This document shows positions 58,202-64,000 of a DNA stretch of 64,000 nt, piece by piece. Below the pieces are notes generated by a model, which saw only the letters and a program-made list of their open reading frames with translations, made no database searches and was not told the DNA's origin. The stretch is from an uncultured Bacilli bacterium (GTDB lineage: Bacteria; Bacillota_I; Bacilli_A; RF39; UBA660), in the NCBI GenBank assembly GCA_944350315.1, contig CALVON010000019.1:6164-70163 (forward strand). Reading direction: 5' to 3'. The stretch's first letter is position 1. Each line of letters opens with the position of its first letter. The position numbers were made by a program, and so were the translations under genes.

Positions 58202-59344
58202 ATGATTGTGAAGAAAACTAAGCTTGATAAACCATTGCTAATAGTAATGTTAATATTCATGATTTTCGGATTAATTATGGTATTAAGTGCTTCTTCAATG
58301 GCATCTTACATGCGATATGATAAAAACATCTATGATTATTTTATAAGACAAGCTATTTTCATGCTAGCCGGTTTAGTAGGATTTTTTACGGCTATTTATT
58401 TTCCTACTAAATTATTTAAAAAATTATCACCATTTTTAATTTTTATTCTTTTAATTTCATTATTTGGTTTATTTGCAATAGGTGAAACTTTTAATGCTAC
58501 TAAAGGTTGGTATGATTTAAAAATTATTACTGTTCAACCAAGTGAAGTAGGGAAAATAATAATAGTTTTATATTTAGCATACTATTATGAAAAACACAAA
58601 GATAATTTAGATAATCAATGGACATTATTAAAACCTATCATCCTAGTATTAATTGTATTTATGTGTGTAACAATGCAGCCAGACTTAGGAACAGCTTGCG
58701 TCATTGCAGGAATAACTATATTAATCTTTTATGCCCTACCGTTAAAAAAAGAAACTAAAACCCCAATTAATAGAATTTTTATTGGAGGTATTTTACTAGC
58801 ATGCTTATCATTATTATTAACAGGTGGTTCTTTTTTAAGAGATTATCAATTACAAAGATTCAATTTCTTAAACCCATGTGAAAGATATGAAGAAGAAAGT
58901 GGCTATCAATTATGTAATAGCTTAATTGCCTTCAAAAACGGTGGATTACTAGGAAAAGGTATTGGTGAAAGTACCCAAAAGTATTTATATCTTCCAGAAT
59001 CACATACCGATTTTATATTTCCTATAATTGTTGAAGAATGGGGCTTATTGGTAGGACTTGCAATTATTTCCATGTATCTATTTATTTTATATAGAATCTT
59101 AAACATTGCTAAAAGAGCAAATAATTTAGGAAATTCTATTATTGCCTATGGAGTATTTGCATATTTACTATTACATATTGCAATTAATTTAGTTGGAGTA
59201 ATGGGAATCGGACCATTAACTGGCGTACCACTACCATTTTTATCTTATGGAGGAAGCTATACCTTAACATTATTGTTTTCTATGGGATTAGTTCAAAGAG
59301 TACACTATGAAACTTATCGAAAGAATAAAAATCATATAAAGTAA
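58202..59344 (+). CDS. FtsW/RodA/SpoVE-family peptidoglycan glycosyltransferase
   Basis: 10-TM SEDS pattern (PSEVGKIIIVLYLAYY, ESHTDFIFPII, PLPFLSYGGS). The start is moved to ATG 58202, after AAAAGGA. Confidence 0.88.
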   Translation: MIVKKTKLDKPLLIVMLIFMIFGLIMVLSASSMASYMRYDKNIYDYFIRQAIFMLAGLVGFFTAIYFPTKLFKKLSPFLIFILLISLFGLFAIGETFNATKGWYDLKIITVQPSEVGKIIIVLYLAYYYEKHKDNLDNQWTLLKPIILVLIVFMCVTMQPDLGTACVIAGITILIFYALPLKKETKTPINRIFIGGILLACLSLLLTGGSFLRDYQLQRFNFLNPCERYEEESGYQLCNSLIAFKNGGLLGKGIGESTQKYLYLPESHTDFIFPIIVEEWGLLVGLAIISMYLFILYRILNIAKRANNLGNSIIAYGVFAYLLLHIAINLVGVMGIGPLTGVPLPFLSYGGSYTLTLLFSMGLVQRVHYETYRKNKNHIK

Positions 59345-59467
59345 TTATTCGAAATGTGTCAAATAAAAGTAAAAGTGTTTACAACACAAAAAAAAAATGA
59401 TATATTGTAAATGTAGAAAGTAGTAAAAATATTACTTATACGAGATAAAATTATAAAAGGAGGAAAT

Positions 59468-59758
59468 ATGTCAAAATTTGTAGCAGACCCTTTCACATTA
59501 AGAAATAAAGGAAATGAAATAATTGATAAATCACATGAATTTGATGAGAATGTTAATAAAATTTATCAAACAATTGGAGAAATGGTAAATAGTAATTATC
59601 TTGATCCTGCGGCTAGAGCAATAGCAGGTGAAATTGAAACATATCGTGATGATTTAAATAAAATGACAAGAGTAATTTCAGACTATGGAAACTTTTGCAT
59701 AACTGCAAGCAGCAAGGTTATTAAAAATCAAGATAATATTATATCATCTATAAAATAA
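59468..59758 (+). CDS. WXG100-like small helical-hairpin protein (no W-x-G)
   Basis: 96 aa, AGGAGG RBS, predicted helix-turn-helix hairpin, directly upstream of a WXG100-type gene. Confidence 0.5.
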   Translation: MSKFVADPFTLRNKGNEIIDKSHEFDENVNKIYQTIGEMVNSNYLDPAARAIAGEIETYRDDLNKMTRVISDYGNFCITASSKVIKNQDNIISSIK

Positions 59759-59767
59759 GGAGGAAAT

Positions 59768-60076
59768 ATGAACGACGGAACAATTATTACATATGAACGA
59801 GTAAGAGCAAATGCAAATACAATTAGAGAATGCTCTACTAAAATGAGAAATATATTTGATGATTTCAATCAAGCAATGAATCAAGTTGGCTCAGATGATG
59901 TTTTCATGGGACAAGCAAGTGAAGCATTAAAAAGTAGATTTAATGCTCTAAAGGGAAGATTTGAATCATATACCGCAAAAGTAGATCAATTTGCTAATAT
60001 GATTTCTAGTGCTGCAGAGCAAACAGAATCAACTGAAAAAAGCATTGCTGGAGATGCAGACACATTAGCAGGATAA
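59768..60076 (+). CDS. WXG100 (ESAT-6-like) family protein with an F-x-G variant
   Basis: 102 aa. Central ...SDDVFMGQASEALKSRF... aligns with the W-x-G turn of EsxA/YukE-type proteins. AGGAGG RBS. Confidence 0.6.
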   Translation: MNDGTIITYERVRANANTIRECSTKMRNIFDDFNQAMNQVGSDDVFMGQASEALKSRFNALKGRFESYTAKVDQFANMISSAAEQTESTEKSIAGDADTLAG

Positions 60077-60108
60077 TTAGTGCTGTAATTTTAAATAGTA
60101 ATAAAAAA

Positions 60109-60150
60109 ATAGAATAAAACTAGTACTAAATAGTGCTAGTTTTATTCTAT
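60109..60150. repeat. 15-bp perfect inverted repeat (hairpin) downstream of the WXG pair
   Basis: ATAGAATAAAACTAG (60109-60123) / CTAGTTTTATTCTAT (60136-60150) with a 12-nt loop. An A-run lies upstream and there is no T-run downstream. It would therefore act as a canonical intrinsic terminator only for minus-strand transcription. Confidence 0.8.
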
Positions 60151-60172
60151 AGAAAATCTTTAAATAGTTTAG

Positions 60173-60580
60173 GATACCAATGAATTTTTAGAACATAAAT
60201 TTTTTTATAATAGATATTACATTATGAAGAAATTTAAAAAAGAAATAGGAATAACAATTTTTGATTATTTAAATAAATACAGAGTTAATAATAGTATTAA
60301 ACAAATAAATAACAGTAATGACTCATTAACTAAGATAGCCCTTAATAATGGATTTTACTCACTTGAATATTTTTCAGAAATTTTTAAAAAAGAAATAGGT
60401 GTTTCTCCTCAAAAATATAAAAAAATAATAATAAGCAAATACATATATGATGATAGCTATACATTTGCTCTTACTAATATAATTAAAATTAATAAAATTA
60501 TCAATTTTACCCAAAAATATAAAAGTAAACGTAAAATTAAATCTACACCAGTTATGAAATTGTCAATATTTAATAGATAA
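60173..60580 (+). pseudogene. N-terminally truncated AraC/XylS-family regulator remnant (HTH domain only)
   Basis: The frame is open from 60173, just after a TAG at 60170. ...NEFLEHKFFYNRYYIMKKFKKEIGITIFDYLNKYRVNNSIKQI...IALNNGFYSLEYFSEIFKKEIGVSPQKYKK is the C-terminal double-HTH of AraC proteins, with the first helix lying upstream of the only ATG. There is no ligand/dimerisation domain and no RBS. Confidence 0.6.
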
Positions 60581-60742
60581 TAAGAAAATTACAAGACTAA
60601 AATTATATTATTTATGAAATTTTATTTTTTGAATATAGTATTTATAAATATAAACAAAATCTTAATAGCAAATAAAATTTACTTAAATTAAGTAAAGGAC
60701 TAATTAATTAATTTTTTTCATATAATTATATAGGTGATATTG

Positions 60743-61819
60743 ATGAAAAAAATACTATTATTTAGTCTTTTGTTTTTTATAGGAATAAATAATATTCAAG
60801 CCTCAACACAAACTGCATCTTCATATGTTTTGATGGATATGGATTCTGGTAGAGTTTTAAAATCAAAAGATAAAGATACACCAAGATTAATTGCTTCAAT
60901 CACTAAAATTATGACCTGTATTTTAGCACTAGAAAATAAAAATATTGAAGATATAGTAACCGTAGATGATTCAATTAACAAAAGTTATGGTTCAGGAATC
61001 TATATATCCGTAGGAGAAAAAATATCTTTATTAGATTTATTATATGGATTGATGCTTCGTAGTGGAAATGATGCTGCCATTATGATAAGTACATATGTTT
61101 CGGGAAGTGAAGAAGAATTTGTAAAACTAATGAATCAAAAAGCCAAAGAAATAGGAATGAAAAATACTATCTTCTATAATTCAAGTGGACTAGATAATAC
61201 TACTAGAGGAAATTTATCCACTGCTTATGATATGGCTCTTTTAACAAGATATGCTATGCAAAATGAGCAATATAGAAATATTGTTAAAACTAAAGAGTAT
61301 ACGGTTAAAACTAATTTAAAAACATACGTGTGGTACAACAAAAATAAATTGCTTCAATATGATTACATTACTGGTGGAAAGACAGGATATACCGAAAAAG
61401 CAAAAAGAACTTTGGTATCAACAGCCAGCAAAAATAATCTTAATTTAATAGTAGTTACAATCAAAGATTCTGACGATTGGAATACTCATAAATCTTTATA
61501 TGAAGAAGCTTTTGACACATATAAGTCATATAAAATAATAGATAAAGATAATTTTTTTGTAATCGGAGATACATATTATGATGATCTATATATAAAAAAT
61601 GATATTAAAGTTATTTTAAAACAAGATGAAACAAAATCATTAATATCGCATATTAAATTGGAAAAAGTAAATAATTATCAAAATAATCAAAAAGTGGGAG
61701 TTAATTATATTTATCTAGGAGATACTCTTATACATCAAGAAGATATTTATGCCAAAAAAGATTCTAAAACATTAAATATTTTTAATAAAATAAAAAATTG
61801 GTTTAAAAATAAAAAATAA
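60743..61819 (+). CDS. dacB: D-alanyl-D-alanine carboxypeptidase (DacB-like, S11)
   Basis: Signal peptide, SxxK in ASITKIMT, SxN in RSGND, KTG in GGKTGYT. dacB-spmA-spmB synteny. The start is set at ATG 60743, after AGGTGA. Confidence 0.9.
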   Translation: MKKILLFSLLFFIGINNIQASTQTASSYVLMDMDSGRVLKSKDKDTPRLIASITKIMTCILALENKNIEDIVTVDDSINKSYGSGIYISVGEKISLLDLLYGLMLRSGNDAAIMISTYVSGSEEEFVKLMNQKAKEIGMKNTIFYNSSGLDNTTRGNLSTAYDMALLTRYAMQNEQYRNIVKTKEYTVKTNLKTYVWYNKNKLLQYDYITGGKTGYTEKAKRTLVSTASKNNLNLIVVTIKDSDDWNTHKSLYEEAFDTYKSYKIIDKDNFFVIGDTYYDDLYIKNDIKVILKQDETKSLISHIKLEKVNNYQNNQKVGVNYIYLGDTLIHQEDIYAKKDSKTLNIFNKIKNWFKNKK

Positions 61820-61871
61820 ATTCAGATTCATAAAAAGAATCTTTTTTTATATTATTAAATAGAGGGATAAC

Positions 61872-62447
61872 ATGATTAACTATATTTTTGGCTTATTTTT
61901 TATTACCGGTATTATTTACAGCTTTATTACTAATACTAATATTAGCGAAGAAATGTTACTTGCATCTTCAAATAGTATAGAATTAATTTTTTCTATTATA
62001 CCAGTTATTTGTCTTTGGTTAGGTATTATGAATATTGCTAAAAAAAGTGGATTATTAGATAAATTAGCAAAAATGTTAACACCAATTCTTAAAATTATAT
62101 TTCCTGAAATTCCCCAAAATAGTCCATGTTTTTCCTATATTGGATCAAATATTATGATGAATATGTTAGGACTTGGCAATGCTGCAACACCATTTGGCTT
62201 AAAAGCAATTAAAGAAATGCAAGAGTTTAATGATAAGAAAGATACTGCCTCAAGAAGTATGATAACTTTTTTAGTTTTAAATACCGCTTCAGTTACAATT
62301 ATGCCTACAACAATTATCAGTTTAAGAATGTTATATGGTAGCGTATCTCCAGAATCAATTATTCCTTATATAATTATAACTTCATCACTATCATGTATTA
62401 TTGGTTTAATTATTGATAGAATATTATATTTAGTGGTGAGAAAATGA
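61872..62447 (+). CDS. spmA: Spore maturation protein A
   Basis: Nucleoside-recognition-type membrane protein directly after dacB. 4-nt overlap with spmB. Confidence 0.8.
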   Translation: MINYIFGLFFITGIIYSFITNTNISEEMLLASSNSIELIFSIIPVICLWLGIMNIAKKSGLLDKLAKMLTPILKIIFPEIPQNSPCFSYIGSNIMMNMLGLGNAATPFGLKAIKEMQEFNDKKDTASRSMITFLVLNTASVTIMPTTIISLRMLYGSVSPESIIPYIIITSSLSCIIGLIIDRILYLVVRK

Positions 62448-62947
62448 TTGAAATATCAAAATTTATAATTCCTTTAATTACCTTGATTGTTATTGTCTAT
62501 GGAATTATTAAAAAAGTAAATATTTATGACGAATTCATAGAAGGAATAAAAGAAGGTTTAGATATATCATTAAGTATTTTTCCTTCCATGTTTGCTATTA
62601 TTATATCGGTTTCCGTATTTGTAAAAAGTAACTTTTTAAATGATTTTATATCTTTAATAGACATTTCTTTATTTCCTAAAGAAATATTATCAATAGCTAT
62701 ATTAAGGCCAATATCATCATCTTCATCATTAATGATTTTAAATAATATTTTAAGTACCTATGGACCAGATTCATTAATTGGAAAAATATCTTCTATTATT
62801 ACAGGAAGTACTGATACGACAATATATATTATTGGCTTATATTATTCTAGTATTAAAATAAAAAAAATAAGATATTCCTTACTAGTAGGACTTTTAGCTG
62901 ATTTTGCATGTGTTGTAATAAGCATTTTAATAGTTAATATTATTTAA
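62444..62947 (+). CDS. spmB: Spore maturation protein B
   Basis: Membrane protein completing the dacB-spmA-spmB operon. Confidence 0.8.
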   Translation: MIEISKFIIPLITLIVIVYGIIKKVNIYDEFIEGIKEGLDISLSIFPSMFAIIISVSVFVKSNFLNDFISLIDISLFPKEILSIAILRPISSSSSLMILNNILSTYGPDSLIGKISSIITGSTDTTIYIIGLYYSSIKIKKIRYSLLVGLLADFACVVISILIVNII

Positions 62948-62962
62948 AAATAAAAGCAACCA

Positions 62963-63109
62963 TTATAGGTTACTTTTATTTAGGTTACATCCATTCATGT
63001 TAGCATTATTTGAATTACCTTCATGGGCATTACATGAATTGCAGCTTGAAGTTCTATTCATATTATTCTTACATGAATTAGAATTTTTAGACTTTTTGTT
63101 TTTAGCCAT
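62963..63109 (-). CDS. Candidate 48-aa Asn/Cys/Ser-rich small protein, not in the ORF track
   Basis: Minus-strand ATG at 63109-63107, preceded by GGGTGAT. Product MAKNKKSKNSNSCKNNMNRTSSCNSCNAHEGNSNNANMNGCNLNKSNL. The stop at 62965-62963 overlaps the spmB terminator hairpin. Confidence 0.3.
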   Translation of the reverse strand: MAKNKKSKNSNSCKNNMNRTSSCNSCNAHEGNSNNANMNGCNLNKSNL

Positions 63110-63212
63110 AATTATCACCCGCTATTATTATTAGCAAAGAATACATTTTTATGTATGAAATACTAGTATTTTTATTTGTTTTTTGATAAAATACATATAA
63201 GGAAGTGAATAC

Positions 63213-64000
63213 ATGATAAGTATATTTAAAAAATTATTTGATAATGAATATAAAGAATTAAAAAGATTTAATGAAATAGCTACAAGAATAGATGCACTAG
63301 ATAAAGAGTATAGTAAATTATCTGATAAAAAATTAGCATCTAAAACAGTAGAATTTAAAAAAAGACTATCAGATGGAGAAACTTTAGAAGATATTTTAGT
63401 AGAAGCATTTGCTACTATTCGTGAAGCTGCATATAGAATCATTGGTGAAAAAGCTTACTTTTGTCAATTATTGGGAGGACTAGCTATTCACTATGGAAAT
63501 ATAGCAGAAATGAAAACTGGAGAAGGAAAAACTTTAACCACTATTTTTCCAGCATATCTTAATGCACTAACAGGATTAGGAGTACATGTTGTTACCGTAA
63601 ATGAATATCTTACTCAAAGAAATGCTGAATGGATGGGTCCAATTTTCAAATTTTTAGGTTTAACAGTAGGAATCAATTTAAGAGAATTATCACCAAAAGA
63701 AAAACAAGAAGTTTATAATTGTGACATTATGTACACTACAAATAATGAATTAGGTTTCGATTACTTAAGAGATAACATGGTAGTCAAAAAAGAAAATCGT
63801 GTTGGAAGAAAACTTAACTATTGTATTATTGATGAAGTAGATTCAGTTTTAATTGATGAAGCCAGAACGCCATTAATTATTTCTGGTGGTGTTATGCAAA
63901 ATGTCAATTTGTTTGAACAAGCAGATACATTTGTTAAGTCTTTAAAAGAAAATGTTGATTATATTAAAGATGAAAAAACGAGAAGTATTTCACTAACCGA
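63213..64000 (+). CDS. secA: Preprotein translocase ATPase SecA, 5' part (continues past the window end)
   Basis: Hand translation gives [23 protein letters not shown]...[27 protein letters not shown] (Walker A)...[19 protein letters not shown] (DEAD-like motif). RBS AAGGAAG at 63199-63205. The ORF is absent from the track because it is open-ended. Confidence 0.93.
   Translation, partial: MISIFKKLFDNEYKELKRFNEIATRIDALDKEYSKLSDKKLASKTVEFKKRLSDGETLEDILVEAFATIREAAYRIIGEKAYFCQLLGGLAIHYGNIAEMKTGEGKTLTTIFPAYLNALTGLGVHVVTVNEYLTQRNAEWMGPIFKFLGLTVGINLRELSPKEKQEVYNCDIMYTTNNELGFDYLRDNMVVKKENRVGRKLNYCIIDEVDSVLIDEARTPLIISGGVMQNVNLFEQADTFVKSLKENVDYIKDEKTRSISLT

Noticed and set aside
63149-63442. 97-aa minus-strand ORF listed in the track
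   Set aside because: The plus strand here encodes the unmistakable SecA N-terminus (starting at 63213), so the minus ORF is a shadow frame.

Overview
Very AT-rich Bacillota (Firmicutes) chromosomal segment. The lineage makes, or descends from one that made, endospores: it has PolC, spoIVFA/spoIVFB-like genes, ylbJ, dacB-spmA-spmB and YjcZ-type tiny peptides. All calls come from motif recognition and remembered synteny, because no database search was possible. Most of the window is housekeeping with Bacillus-like gene order: rpsD, hpf, ylbJ/ylbL, spoIVFA-FB, rplU-prp-rpmA, obg, rmuC, polA-mutM, scpA-scpB, pdp, polC, T-box-aspS, phosphoketolase, ezrA, secDF-rel-dtd, an ftsW/rodA-family gene, dacB-spmAB and the secA 5' end. 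Two tRNAs (CAT and Leu-TAG) plus a CssRS/HtrA-like module sit between rpmA and obg. The main accessory feature is an ~11 kb Gram-positive type IV secretion / conjugation-like operon (13.7-25.0 kb). It encodes two paralogous pilin-like proteins, an extended VirB6-like protein, a VirB3/PrgI-like protein, a VirB4 split into two ORFs, a SpoIID+NlpC/P60 wall hydrolase, a doubly anchored lipoprotein and a VirD4 coupling protein. No relaxase, recombinase, replication gene or recognisable att repeat is visible anywhere in the window. Other loci worth a second look: three tandem TasA/camelysin-like proteins with SipW-type signal peptides but no sipW nearby (29.5-32.5 kb); two adjacent Asn/Gln/Pro-rich membrane-tethered proteins next to ezrA; an orphan WXG100-like pair next to a truncated AraC remnant; and several short ORFs missing from the ORF track. 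No CRISPR array, transposase, rRNA or prophage structural gene was seen.
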